Assembly: GCA_963727445.1 (NCBI GenBank)
Contig: CAVSGI010000008.1
Location: forward strand, 416,001 to 480,000
Direction: 5' to 3'
From: an uncultured delta proteobacterium
Lineage (GTDB): Bacteria; Myxococcota_A; Polyangia; Polyangiales; B10-G4
Length of the DNA: 64,000 bases
A program made the position numbers and the translations under genes. Of this stretch, positions 18,641-28,199 are shown one piece after another. Every line of letters starts with the position of its first letter. Positions within the stretch are counted from its first letter, which is position 1. A model generated the notes under the pieces. It saw only the letters and a program-made list of their open reading frames with translations, was not told where the DNA came from and searched no databases.

Positions 18641-19930
18641 ATGCTTCGAATCAGAGATTTTCTGGGCACGACGCTCGTCGCGAGCGCCCTCTTTCTCACC
18701 CTTCCGGCGGCGGCGCAGCCCCGCTGCCAGGCACCTCAGACGTTGCTCGTGGTCGACAAGTCCTCCTCCATGCTGGGCGAGCTGCCGAGCGGGATGACCA
18801 AGTGGGAGGCCGCCACCACGGCGATCTCGGAGCTGGCGACGAGCTTCGCCGACACGGTGGATCTGGGCCTGATGGTCTTCCCCTACCCCGATCAGTGCGG
18901 GCCCGGGAACATCGAGGTCAACATCGGCCGCAACCCGGCGAGCGTGATCACCGATGGTCTCGGCACCCCCCCGCCCACCGGCGGCAACTACACGCCGATG
19001 GCGCAGAGCCTGGACGAGGCGGGCACCAATCCGATGCTGACCGCCACCGGCCGCGAGAGCTCCATCATCCTGATCACCGATGGCTGGCAGTGGTGCGACC
19101 CCTACGATCCGGCCACGCGCTTCACGCCGGTGGAGGCGGTGGGTCGCCTCGCCGACGCGGGCATCAGCGTCTACGTCGTGGGCTTCGGCGCCTCGGTGGA
19201 CGCCCTCACGCTCAACCGAAGCGCGGTGCGCGCCGGCACCGGTCTCGCGGGCTGTGACCCCACCCTCTCCGACCCGGCGGCGGCTGGTCACTGCTACCAC
19301 CAGGCCAACGACCTCGCCGATCTTCGCGCGGCGCTCATGTCCATCGCCCGGAGCATCACCGAAGAGGAGTGCAACGGCCTCGACGACGACTGCGACACGC
19401 GCGTCGACGAGGGCTTCGATGTGGACGCCGACGGCGTGACCTCCTGCGGCGGCGACTGCGACGACAGCGACCCCGCCGTGTACCCGGGCGCGATGGACAT
19501 CTGCGACAATCTCGACAACGACTGCGACGGCACCACCGATCCGGCGTGCGCGTGCACCGATGGCGCCACGCGCGGCTGCGGTCGCGCGGTCGGTCTGTGC
19601 ACGATGGGCACGCAGGCCTGCGTGGACGGTCGCTGGGGCGACTGCACGGGCTTCACCGGCCCCACCGACGAGCTCTGCGACGGGATGGATCAGGACTGCG
19701 ACGAGGCGACCGACGAGGGCGCCATGTGCGCGGATGGCCTCACCTGCATCGACGGCGTCTGCGAAGACCTGTCGGAGCCAGCCGACGGCGGTCCCCCGCC
19801 GCCTGGAGAGCGCGTCATCGACAAGGGCGGCTGCGGATGCCGCGTCGGCGCACCGAAGCAAACGCCCTACGGCTGGGTCCTCGTTGGGAGCGTGTTGGTC
19901 GTGGCGCTGGCGCGCCGCCGTCGCCGCTAG
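18641..19930 (+). CDS. vWA-domain surface protein with MopE-like repeats and a MYXO-CTERM-type anchor
   Basis: MIDAS DKSSSM, TPM, ILITDG, VYVVGFG; CNGLDDDCD..VDE and DCDD..P.VYPGA..CDNLDNDCDG repeats; C-terminus GGCGCRVG...WVLVGSVLVVALARRRRR. Confidence 0.88.
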   Translation: MLRIRDFLGTTLVASALFLTLPAAAQPRCQAPQTLLVVDKSSSMLGELPSGMTKWEAATTAISELATSFADTVDLGLMVFPYPDQCGPGNIEVNIGRNPASVITDGLGTPPPTGGNYTPMAQSLDEAGTNPMLTATGRESSIILITDGWQWCDPYDPATRFTPVEAVGRLADAGISVYVVGFGASVDALTLNRSAVRAGTGLAGCDPTLSDPAAAGHCYHQANDLADLRAALMSIARSITEEECNGLDDDCDTRVDEGFDVDADGVTSCGGDCDDSDPAVYPGAMDICDNLDNDCDGTTDPACACTDGATRGCGRAVGLCTMGTQACVDGRWGDCTGFTGPTDELCDGMDQDCDEATDEGAMCADGLTCIDGVCEDLSEPADGGPPPPGERVIDKGGCGCRVGAPKQTPYGWVLVGSVLVVALARRRRR

Positions 19931-19973
19931 CTACAGCTCAGTTTCTTCGATGGGCGCGCGCATCAGAACGAGG

Positions 19974-20762
19974 TCATTTTTCGAAGCGTCCGGTCGCGGA
20001 GCCTTCGCAGTGTCGCTCGGGGGGTGGCGAGGGCTCGAAGTCCTCGAGTAATGCCCGGAGCATCGCGGCGAGCGCGCGAGCGCTCTCGCAGGCGTGCCGC
20101 GAATCGGCGTCGCTCGCTTGGGCGCACAGCTCCTCCGCCCGAAAATCCCGCGCGCGCGCTTCGTTCTCGAGCCAGCGGAAGTCCATCTCTTCGTCCACGG
20201 CCTCTTCTGAGCGTCGGCGGCTGCGGAGCTCCAGCGAACGCTCGCAGGCTTCGGATCCGTCATGGACCGAGACGTCCGCCGTCCAGATGCGACCACCGAT
20301 GGAGAGCGCGACGCGCGTGTCGTCGGTCATCGCGCGCAGGAGATCGAACGTCCTGACCTCGCGCTCGACCACCAGGCGTGTCTCGTCCTCTCCTTGCACG
20401 CGCGCTCGAGGCAGGTTCCCGTGCTCGCACGGTCGCTCGACGACCGGCTCGATGTCCATTTCGATCAGCTGTCGCTCGATGTGATCCACCAGCACCTGAC
20501 ATGCCTGAGCACCCGCTTCCGACCCGTCCTCCACGTGGATGTCCTGCCAGTCGCCCAACCCCGTGCGAACGCGCGCGTGAAACGCCTCGGTGTCCTGTGA
20601 AGAGGTGCCCGATGCAGGGCCTCCCTCTTCGATCTCGACCTCGGTGCCAGTCGACTCCGCTGGCGCGTGGTCAGCAGGATCGAGCGCGGAACCCCCACAC
20701 CCGGCGATGAGCCAGACGATCGAGGCCAACGCGGCGGGAGAGGCAGTCGCCTCGGACGTCAT
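19974..20762 (-). CDS. hypothetical lipoprotein
   Basis: MTSEATASPAALASIVWLIAGC lipobox; TATCTT 6 nt upstream of the ATG. Confidence 0.6.
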   Translation of the reverse strand: MTSEATASPAALASIVWLIAGCGGSALDPADHAPAESTGTEVEIEEGGPASGTSSQDTEAFHARVRTGLGDWQDIHVEDGSEAGAQACQVLVDHIERQLIEMDIEPVVERPCEHGNLPRARVQGEDETRLVVEREVRTFDLLRAMTDDTRVALSIGGRIWTADVSVHDGSEACERSLELRSRRRSEEAVDEEMDFRWLENEARARDFRAEELCAQASDADSRHACESARALAAMLRALLEDFEPSPPPERHCEGSATGRFEK

Positions 20763-20818
20763 GGCTTCAAGATACACGAGCTGTCGAGGGCGGCGGGGAC
20801 GCGCCCCCAGCGTCGGCT

Positions 20819-21558
20819 TCAGTTGAAGTCGAAAACGTCGACGAGCTCGCCGCTCGTGCGGTCGATGACGCCGAACCAGACGGTGTCGGAGCCGACAAAG
20901 ACGACGTCCGGATGCGTGAGCACGAGATAGTCGTTCAAATCGTGGCCCGAGGGGTCTTCGTCTGGATCGGTGACCTCCTCCACGTCCGCCGTGTCGACCA
21001 GCCGCAGAGCCTCGGTGCGTGGGTTGCCGCCGGACGCGACCACCTCCGCTTCGTGTGCGGCGTAGAAGTCGAGCAGCGCGTGGCGGAGCCCGTTTGCGAA
21101 GGTCCGCTTCGAGGCCTCGATGTCTTCCGGTTGCGGCAGCTCGTCGAGGCACGCACCGACCTCGGCGACCGAGCCACACGGCTCGAGGTCGGCGTCCCGC
21201 CCGAGATCCTGAATGCAGCCCCGGACGAGCTCCTCGCACACGGGCGCCGGCCACGCCTCCGTGGGATCCGCCGACGTCACGCCGAGCGCGCTGATCTCGA
21301 CCGTCATGTGCACGTCGCGGCTGTAGCGCGCGCCGCTGGCCGTCTCGGCTACGTAGACCACCGCATCCTCGGTGGGGCTCGCCGCCCACGGGAAGGCGCT
21401 CGCCGAAAAGTCCGCGATCCAGCGCGTCGCGTCTTGCCGACGAACCACGGGCTCCGAGTCGTCGTCGTTCAGGCCGACGACACTCTCGACGTCGGCCGGC
21501 GTCGAGGCGGACGGTGAAGGGCGAGACAGAGGAGGAGCAGGGGGAGTGGGCGTCGCAT
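20819..21558 (-). CDS. hypothetical secreted protein (probable frameshift near 21510)
   Basis: Signal-like MRRPLPLLLLCLAL at 21558 is in a different frame from the acidic body (DVESVVGLNDDD...WFGVIDRTSGELVDVFDFN). Confidence 0.6.
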
Positions 21559-21795
21559 GCCTGCTGGCCGCGCAACCTTCGCGTCAACGACAACGCCGGG
21601 AAAGCCAAGAATTGCCCGGGGGCAGGACAAATTGGCCGGCCGGTGGGTCACGGATCGGTCGACGGAGGCGGGTCAGGCGACTGGGGACTCGCGAGCACGC
21701 CAACTGCCACAAGGAGGGAGCAGACCGAGCGCGAAGATAGGGAGAAATCGATGGGAACGAGTGTTGCTGTTTCGGTGAGCGAAAGGCAGGTGCCA

Positions 21796-22347
21796 ATGAC
21801 TCGAACCGGAATTCTCTCGCTCTCTCTCCTCTTCTTCGTCTGGGGCTGCGCATCGAACGGGGAGAGCCCCGGGTCGACGACCGCCACCAACAGCAACGCC
21901 CTCGACTTCGATTCCTGCTACAGCCGATGCATCGGCGGCGGCCTCAGCAGCATGAGCTGCTATCGCAGCTGCAGCGCGCTCGCAGAGGGCGAGGCAGATG
22001 ACGCCGGCGTCATTCCGGTGTCGATGGGGGACGACGGATACGGCGACAGTGACGCTGGCTTCGGTGACGACGGCTACGGCGACGAGGGCTACGGCGACAG
22101 TGACGCTGGCTATGGCGATGACGGATACGGCGACGACGGCTACGGCGACAGTGACGCTGGCTATGGTGATGACGGCTATGGTGACGACGGCTACGGCGGC
22201 GACGACGGCTACGGCGGCGACGACGGCTACGGCGGCGACGACGGCTACGGCGGCGACGACGGCTACGGCGGCGACGATGGCTACGGCGGCGACGACGGCT
22301 ACGGCGGCGACGACGGCTCCGGCGACGACGGGTACGGCAGCGCATAG
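21796..22347 (+). CDS. small lipoprotein with a four-Cys motif and a Gly-Asp-Tyr tandem-repeat tail
   Basis: MTRTGILSLSLLFFVWGC lipobox after AAAGGCAGG; CYSRC...CYRSC; GDDGY/GDSDAGY/GGDDGY repeats. Confidence 0.75.
   Translation: MTRTGILSLSLLFFVWGCASNGESPGSTTATNSNALDFDSCYSRCIGGGLSSMSCYRSCSALAEGEADDAGVIPVSMGDDGYGDSDAGFGDDGYGDEGYGDSDAGYGDDGYGDDGYGDSDAGYGDDGYGDDGYGGDDGYGGDDGYGGDDGYGGDDGYGGDDGYGGDDGYGGDDGSGDDGYGSA
22027..22338 (+). repeat. coding tandem repeat: core of seven 18-bp units GGCGGCGACGACGGCTAC (22195-22320) preceded by degenerate 15/21-bp units
   Basis: Read directly: six GGDDGY plus one GGDDGS, preceded by GDDGY and GDSDAG(F/Y) units. Confidence 0.95.
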
Positions 22348-22391
22348 CTGCTCGTACGAACGGTCTCTCGACGGTCGTAGCCGCCCCGGAG

Positions 22392-24110
22392 GTGCCGTCG
22401 CCGGCGCGTTGGCCTCGACTGGACGCCCGGCCGGCACCGTCGCACAATTCGACAATCACCCGCTACGCCACAGCCCGGCCGCTCCTGGCATCGATCGCGC
22501 TCCTCGCTCTGGCCTCCTGCGCACAGGGGAGCTCGGGCCGAGTGAGCGCGCGTGGCGACGCCGCCGCCGATGCCGATGCCGGCGGAGTCACGGACACCGG
22601 GACGATCACGACCCCGGACTCGGGGGCGCCGAAGGCGTGCGAGACGGACGTGGACTGCGAGGACGGGCTCACGTGCACGGGGACCGACGTCTGCAGTGCC
22701 GAGGGAGAGTGCGTCAACACGCCTTTCGCGGGGTGCGACGACGGGATCGCCTGCACGGACGACACGTGCACCGAGCCGGCGGGCGACTGCCTCCACGCGC
22801 CGAACGACGGGATGTGTCCGACCGGACAGGCGTGTGACCCGAGCTCGGGCTGTGCGACGCCGCCGGCGTGCACCGGCGACGCGGACTGCGACGATGGTCT
22901 GGTCTGTAACGGCGTCGAGACCTGCGATCCATCGTTCGGCTGCCGCGCCGGAACGGCGATGGATTGCGACGACGGGATGACCTGCACCGCCGACAGCTGC
23001 GACGAAGCGTCCGGGATGTGCGTGAACGCCGGCATGGATGGGGACGGAGACGGCCACGTGATGGCGGGCTGCGCCGGCGGCGACGACTGCGACGACACGA
23101 ACGCCGCCATCGCGCCCGGGGCGACCGAGACCTGCAATGGCGTGGACGACGACTGCAACGGCGCGATCGACGATGGGCCCGGGCTCGTGTGCGCGATGGG
23201 GGCGTCGCCTTCCGCGTGCACGACCACCTGCGGCACCCCAGGCCTGCAGCCGTGCACCGCGACGTGCACGTTCGGAGCGTGCGCGGCGTCGGTGGAGACG
23301 TGCATGAACTCGTGCGACGACGACGCCGACGGCTCGATCGACGAGGGCTGCGCCGCGCCGCCACCGCCGCACGACACTTGCGGTGGAGCGATCGTCCTCA
23401 CCGGCTCGGGGAGCCGGAGCGGTGACACGCTGGTGGGCGCGACAGCGGACACCACGGACTGCGGCAGCGGGGTGGAGGTCTTCTACCGCGTGACGGTCAG
23501 CCGCAAGAGCATCGTCTACCTCGACACCTTCGGGACCGGCTTCGACACGCGGATCTCGTATCGCGGAACGAGCTGCCCGGGCTCGGCGAGCCCGTGCATA
23601 GACGACTCGTGCGGGACGCTTCAGACGCAGCTGGCGCAGGTGGTGAACGCCGGCACACACTACTTCGCCATCCACACGTTCTATAGCGGGACGACGCCCG
23701 GGCCGCTGGCGCTCGCGTATCAGATCGTGGACGCCGCCGGCGGCGACAACACGCTGATCACGGCGAGCGGCACCTTCAGCGGTTCGACCTCCGGGACGAG
23801 CGCGGTGAGCGCGAGCTGCGCGGGGGGCGCGAACAGCCCCGAGGACGCGTTCTACTTTCTGCAGTGCCCTGGCGCGGCCCGATCCGTCACCGCGACGACC
23901 TGCAACGCGGGCACCTCCTACGACACCGCGCTCCACATCCACGGCACCTCGGAGCTCGCGTGCAACGACGACGACTTCGCCTGCTTCTGGGACACCCTGC
24001 AGTCCAGCGTCACGGCCTCGACCACCGGCACCGGTGTCTTCATGATCATGGTCGACGGCTTCAGCAGCTCGAGCAGCGGAAGCTACCAGCTGACCATCAG
24101 CGGGCTCTAG
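22392..24110 (+). CDS. Cys-rich lipoprotein with MopE-like repeat and two PPC-like C-terminal domains (start uncertain)
   Basis: LLALASC lipobox; CDDGIACT.D.C repeats; DCDDTNAAIAPGATETCNGVDDDCNG; EVFY/DAFY...T...FDT/YDT...C.DD...GSYQLTIS. Confidence 0.75.
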   Translation: MPSPARWPRLDARPAPSHNSTITRYATARPLLASIALLALASCAQGSSGRVSARGDAAADADAGGVTDTGTITTPDSGAPKACETDVDCEDGLTCTGTDVCSAEGECVNTPFAGCDDGIACTDDTCTEPAGDCLHAPNDGMCPTGQACDPSSGCATPPACTGDADCDDGLVCNGVETCDPSFGCRAGTAMDCDDGMTCTADSCDEASGMCVNAGMDGDGDGHVMAGCAGGDDCDDTNAAIAPGATETCNGVDDDCNGAIDDGPGLVCAMGASPSACTTTCGTPGLQPCTATCTFGACAASVETCMNSCDDDADGSIDEGCAAPPPPHDTCGGAIVLTGSGSRSGDTLVGATADTTDCGSGVEVFYRVTVSRKSIVYLDTFGTGFDTRISYRGTSCPGSASPCIDDSCGTLQTQLAQVVNAGTHYFAIHTFYSGTTPGPLALAYQIVDAAGGDNTLITASGTFSGSTSGTSAVSASCAGGANSPEDAFYFLQCPGAARSVTATTCNAGTSYDTALHIHGTSELACNDDDFACFWDTLQSSVTASTTGTGVFMIMVDGFSSSSSGSYQLTISGL

Positions 24111-24122
24111 CCAGGGCCAAAG

Positions 24123-24590
24123 CTAGTTTTCGGCGAGGGGCGCCGTCCAGATCGCCGGCTTCGATAGCGGGTCTCCGCACTTCGGACAGGCCACCTGGGG
24201 CAGGTCCCAGTGGGCGCGCATGCGGGAGAGCGGGTCGTCGGTGCCGAGGTAGATCGCCATCACGCGGTGGTTGCCGGTGAGCCCTTCCCAACCGCAAGAG
24301 TGCTTCTGTCGCTCGACCTGGACCCGCGCGTAGCCGCGGTCGATGAGGGCCACGTGGTAGACCCACCACGGCTTGCCTTCGGTGGGGTCGGCGCCGAGGG
24401 CGACCGAGAGTCCCGGGACGCGCGCGGCGAGGTCTCGAAATTGTTCGGGCAGGCGCCCCACGCCCACGGGCCGGCCGTCGAGCTCACCGGCCTCGAGGAT
24501 CTCGCGCCACGCTTCCTCGTCGGGGAGCAGGAGCTCCTGACCGTCGACGATCGCGCGAGAGATCCGCGGGTCGGTAGAACGAAGGGACAC
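24123..24590 (-). CDS. hypothetical protein with a putative zinc-binding motif
   Basis: HSCGWEG ... CPKCG; starts 6 bp after the stop of the upstream lipoprotein gene. Confidence 0.6.
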   Translation of the reverse strand: MSLRSTDPRISRAIVDGQELLLPDEEAWREILEAGELDGRPVGVGRLPEQFRDLAARVPGLSVALGADPTEGKPWWVYHVALIDRGYARVQVERQKHSCGWEGLTGNHRVMAIYLGTDDPLSRMRAHWDLPQVACPKCGDPLSKPAIWTAPLAEN

Positions 24591-24596
24591 GTGCGC

Positions 24597-25541
24597 TCAG
24601 GGAGGGTCGATGCAGACCTCGCCGCCATCGGGCGCGGCGGCGGGACACTGCGCGGCGGGATCGGCGCCGGCCGGGATACCGGAATGATAGATGCGACACT
24701 GCACCGAGTCGCCGCCCACGCTGTTCGGAGCCCCGTCCGCCGGGTAGTCGGCGCAAGCCGTGGCGCAGTCGGGATCGAAGGTGATGGCGTCGCCGCCCGT
24801 GCAGTTGGCGGCCACCTGCGTGCAGTAGACCTCGCACCAGGTGCCGCAGACGTTTCCGCCCGAGGGGCCGGCAGCGGCGCAATTGGTCGGGTCGGTCTCG
24901 GCGCGCTCCGCGTAGGTCACCCGACAGCCGATGGTGTTGCCCGAAGTGTCCCCGTTTTCGCCCGTCGCCCAGCCGCCGGTGGTCTCGCAGTGGCCCATGC
25001 ACTCGGCGAAGCTACCGTATTGCGCAGCGCTCTCGCAGTTGCCGAGCACCAGGCCGCAGTACGCGAGGCAGGTCGGGGGCGGCGGCGGGACGCTGGTGTC
25101 GGGCAGACCGGAGTCGCCCGCGGTCCCGTCGGGCGCGCCTCCGTCGGAGGCCCCCGACGTGCCGATGCAGTGGCCGCCGATGCAGAAGAGCCCGGCGCGG
25201 CACTCCGATACCGAGGTGCAGGTTGCGCCCACGTCGGTGGTGCCCCCGAGGACGCATCGGAGCGCCCCGCCCACCATGTCGCAGACGAGGCCGCGCTGGC
25301 AGTCTCCGTCGTAGGTGCACTCGTCGCCCGAGGCGCTGCCGCCCGCGGGCTGACAGGTGCGGTTCGCGGCGCAGTAGAGCCCCGCGCCGCAGTCGTCGGT
25401 GTAGATGCAGGCGTCGCCCACGCCGCCCCCGCCGCCGTCTGGGCCGGCCGCGTCCATCGACGAGTCGCCAGTCCCAGAGTCGTCGCCGCAGGCCACGAGG
25501 ACGACCACGACGCAAAGACCTGACAGGCTCACTCGCTTCAT
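24597..25541 (-). CDS. Cys-rich lipoprotein
   Basis: VLVACGDD lipobox; three GD.C...DC..GL.C repeats; two C..YC......C...GN/DS..CR..Y repeats. Confidence 0.8.
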   Translation of the reverse strand: MKRVSLSGLCVVVVLVACGDDSGTGDSSMDAAGPDGGGGGVGDACIYTDDCGAGLYCAANRTCQPAGGSASGDECTYDGDCQRGLVCDMVGGALRCVLGGTTDVGATCTSVSECRAGLFCIGGHCIGTSGASDGGAPDGTAGDSGLPDTSVPPPPPTCLAYCGLVLGNCESAAQYGSFAECMGHCETTGGWATGENGDTSGNTIGCRVTYAERAETDPTNCAAAGPSGGNVCGTWCEVYCTQVAANCTGGDAITFDPDCATACADYPADGAPNSVGGDSVQCRIYHSGIPAGADPAAQCPAAAPDGGEVCIDPP

Positions 25542-25565
25542 GCGAACGATGCTAACGCGAAACGG

Positions 25566-28073
25566 TCAGTAGCGATCGATCCAGATCGGCGCCGTCCACG
25601 CCATCCGGTCGGCCGAGGGCTCGTAGACCTCGACGTAGAAGAACCACGCGCCGGGCGCGTCCGTGGGGAGGGACAGCGCCGTCGCGCCGGCGGGCGCGTT
25701 CACCTCGCTCACCATCCGCACCTCGTCGCCTCCGATCAGGCCGCGGTAGACGCGCACCACGAAGTCTCCCTCGTAGTCCGGATCGGAGAGGGTCAGGCTC
25801 GCCTGGACCGCATCCTCGGTGGTGCCGGTCTGGCCGCCCATCCGCACGTAGCCTTCCGCGTAGAAGCGCATCGCGAGGTTCTGGTCTTCGCTGGCGTAGA
25901 CCGCGCGGGCGTCGATGGCCGACATGAGAGCGTCCTCGGTGAGCTCTTCGGCGAAGACGACGGTGCGCGTCGAGTGACCAGTGCCCCAATTGGCCATGTG
26001 GTTGTCGTGGCTCGCGGCGGGGGCGAGGTGGAAGCCGTGCAGCAGGTAGTAGTCCCAGTCCCTGTGTACCTTGGTGTAGCGCTCGATCACGCCCTCTTCG
26101 TTCTCGCTCAGGCTGGGGTTCTGGCCGTGCTCGTGCCCGATCTCCTTACCGCGAGCGACGGTGACCTCCATCAGACGCACGTAGGGATCGGAGGCGCTGC
26201 GGATGTTGGCGAGGGTCTCGTCGACCACCGCGAGCTCGGGCATCGCGAGGCCGGCGATCCACGCGTCGCGCACTTCGTTCATGGGCGGGAAGTCGTCGAG
26301 CCCGTAGTCGTTGAACTTCTTGTTGCGCTGGCTGTTGTTCTCGATCTCGGTGAGCGCGACACCGAAGATCTGATCCCAGCTGCCGCTGAGGTACTCCTCG
26401 CTGACCCGCATGGTCCGCGGGTGGTTGAGCATCACCAGAGGGCGTCCGCCCGCGGCGGCCTCGCGGGGGAGGAACTCGCCGTAGAGCAGATCGAAGCGCC
26501 CCCGCTCCACGTTGGCGATCGCTTCCGAGCCGAAGATGTTGACGTGGTTGCCCGAGGAGTTGGTGCTCCACTCCATGGCGGGGATCGCCAGGAAGGCCCC
26601 GTCCGACTCCTGGCTGACCGCGCGCGCTTCGGCGAGGACCTGGTCGTAGCCGTCCTGGTCCATGTTCGCCATGTCCGGCGCGTCGGTCGCCGAGAAATCC
26701 GTGGTGTGCGGAGACAGCGCGAGGAAGTCCATGCCGCCCCGGTCGCGCGCGTACTCGTAGGCGTAGCGCGCGGCGGCGCCGAGATCCTGGGGCTCGTCGA
26801 CGGGATGGGCCTCGCCGCCCTCTTCCTCCTGCCGCTCCGCCAGCCCGTCGTCGCGAAGAGCGCCCTCGGTCGTGGTCGCGGCGAAGTGCGCGTGGAGATT
26901 TCCGAAGAACGCGCGGGTCGCCGTCGCGTCCTGCTCCGCGACGCTGCGCCCGGCGTCGAGGCTCTCAGCGGTGAGGGACCACGACCACAGGCGCGCGTAG
27001 AGCGACACGAAGGGCTCCGTCACTCGCGGGTCCTCGTAGCGCACGTAGTTCTCGTAGTTGTTGAAGAAGGCCGAGCCGGACCAGTTGCCGGAGCCGTTCA
27101 TCAGGATGCGCCCGTCGATGATGGCGAGCTTGTGGTGCATCAGCTGGTACGCCGCTTCGTTGCTCTGCTTGAAGCGGATCTGCCCGCCGGCGGCGAAGAG
27201 ACGCTCCCACGCATGACCGGTGGTGTGCGCTTCGCGATCGGCGGCGTTCACGATCACGCGGACGCGCACGCCGCGCTCGGCGGCCTTGGCCAGCTCCTTG
27301 ACCAAGTCGTCGAAGGTCAAGTGGTGCATGAGCACGTCGATGCTCGACTGCGCGTTGCGGATGGCGTCGCGGAGTCCGCGCATCGCGGCCGTCCCTGGCG
27401 TGAAGGCCGCCTCGTCGTTGCTGCAACCCACCGCGGCGTCGGGGTCGTCGCTCCACATCGCTTCGTAGTGGCACTGAAAACCCGACAGCAGCGCGTCGCT
27501 CGTGCTCTGGGCGCGAACGACGATTGTGTTCTCCTCGTTGATCGAGGTCCCGGTGGACGACCAGTTGTCGCTGCCGGTCAGAAGCGTCGTCCCGTCGACG
27601 ATCATGAACTTCGCGTGCTGCAGGCCGGCGTAGCTCCCCTCGTGCGTGCGCCCCTTCACGAAGCGCACGTCGAGACCCGCTTCCGCGAGTCGCCGTGAAA
27701 GGCTCCCCTCCTGATCCTGACCCGAGTCCATCGCGACCCGCACGGCGACGCCGCGTTCGTGGGCGGCGACCAGGGCCGCCTCGATCTCCCGCCGCGAGAA
27801 GGTGAATTGCGCCACATCGACGCTCGTCTGGGCGCCTTCGATCAGCTCGACCACCTTGGCGATGATCGGCGAGCGGGCGAGGAGCGCCTCTTTGTCGTCC
27901 GACGAGCATACGTTGCAGTAGGGCTCGGTGAGCACGACCTCGTACTGCCGCCCGTCCTCCCCGTCCGCCTTACCCCCGAGCGGAGCCCAGCCGTCGTCGC
28001 CAGAAGAGCCGGGAGCCGTGCAGGCGCTCAACGCGAAGAAGAGGAGGAGACTGAGGGCACGGAGCCGGCGCAT
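25566..28073 (-). CDS. lipoprotein fusing two phospholipase D (HKD) domains with a PHP/CehA-McbA-like metallophosphoesterase domain
   Basis: FALSAC lipobox, GGKADG; QHAKFMIVDG...GSDNWS and MHHKLAIIDG...GSGNWS; GNLHAH, LSPH, EWS, GNHVN, LNHP, ASHDNH. Confidence 0.85.
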   Translation of the reverse strand: MRRLRALSLLLFFALSACTAPGSSGDDGWAPLGGKADGEDGRQYEVVLTEPYCNVCSSDDKEALLARSPIIAKVVELIEGAQTSVDVAQFTFSRREIEAALVAAHERGVAVRVAMDSGQDQEGSLSRRLAEAGLDVRFVKGRTHEGSYAGLQHAKFMIVDGTTLLTGSDNWSSTGTSINEENTIVVRAQSTSDALLSGFQCHYEAMWSDDPDAAVGCSNDEAAFTPGTAAMRGLRDAIRNAQSSIDVLMHHLTFDDLVKELAKAAERGVRVRVIVNAADREAHTTGHAWERLFAAGGQIRFKQSNEAAYQLMHHKLAIIDGRILMNGSGNWSGSAFFNNYENYVRYEDPRVTEPFVSLYARLWSWSLTAESLDAGRSVAEQDATATRAFFGNLHAHFAATTTEGALRDDGLAERQEEEGGEAHPVDEPQDLGAAARYAYEYARDRGGMDFLALSPHTTDFSATDAPDMANMDQDGYDQVLAEARAVSQESDGAFLAIPAMEWSTNSSGNHVNIFGSEAIANVERGRFDLLYGEFLPREAAAGGRPLVMLNHPRTMRVSEEYLSGSWDQIFGVALTEIENNSQRNKKFNDYGLDDFPPMNEVRDAWIAGLAMPELAVVDETLANIRSASDPYVRLMEVTVARGKEIGHEHGQNPSLSENEEGVIERYTKVHRDWDYYLLHGFHLAPAASHDNHMANWGTGHSTRTVVFAEELTEDALMSAIDARAVYASEDQNLAMRFYAEGYVRMGGQTGTTEDAVQASLTLSDPDYEGDFVVRVYRGLIGGDEVRMVSEVNAPAGATALSLPTDAPGAWFFYVEVYEPSADRMAWTAPIWIDRY

Positions 28074-28085
28074 GGCGCCCTGAAC

Positions 28086-28101
28086 AGCGAATCCCGTGCC
28101 A
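28086..28101 (-). promoter_or_regulatory. sigma54 -24/-12 promoter of the PLD-PHP gene
   Basis: Minus strand TGGCACGGGATTCGCT (GG-N10-GC), 12 nt before the ATG at 28073. Confidence 0.6.
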
Positions 28102-28199
28102 TCCGAAGGCCACGAGATCTCGCGCGATTCGGGGCCGGAGGTGGCTAGCGGACGAGCCGCCGGATGGGCCTTTCTTCCACTTTGGGTACCCTGCCGGCC

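Noticed and set aside
21694..21709. Minus-strand TGGCAGTTGGCGTGCT as a sigma54 promoter
   Set aside because: Correct GG-N10-GC spacing but a weak match at both boxes; not distinguishable from chance.
22195..22320. Possible CRISPR array
   Set aside because: Direct 18-bp tandem units with no unique spacers, in-frame coding, and no cas genes.
21998..22837. Alternative-frame ORF with (TATAAT)n resembling antifreeze glycoprotein, and antisense (VVAAVA)n ORF 21673-22455
   Set aside because: Both are shadows of the GGDDGY repeat. Synonymous variation (GAC/GAT, TAC/TAT, GGC/GGT) falls on third positions of the GDY frame, which also has a lipobox and RBS.
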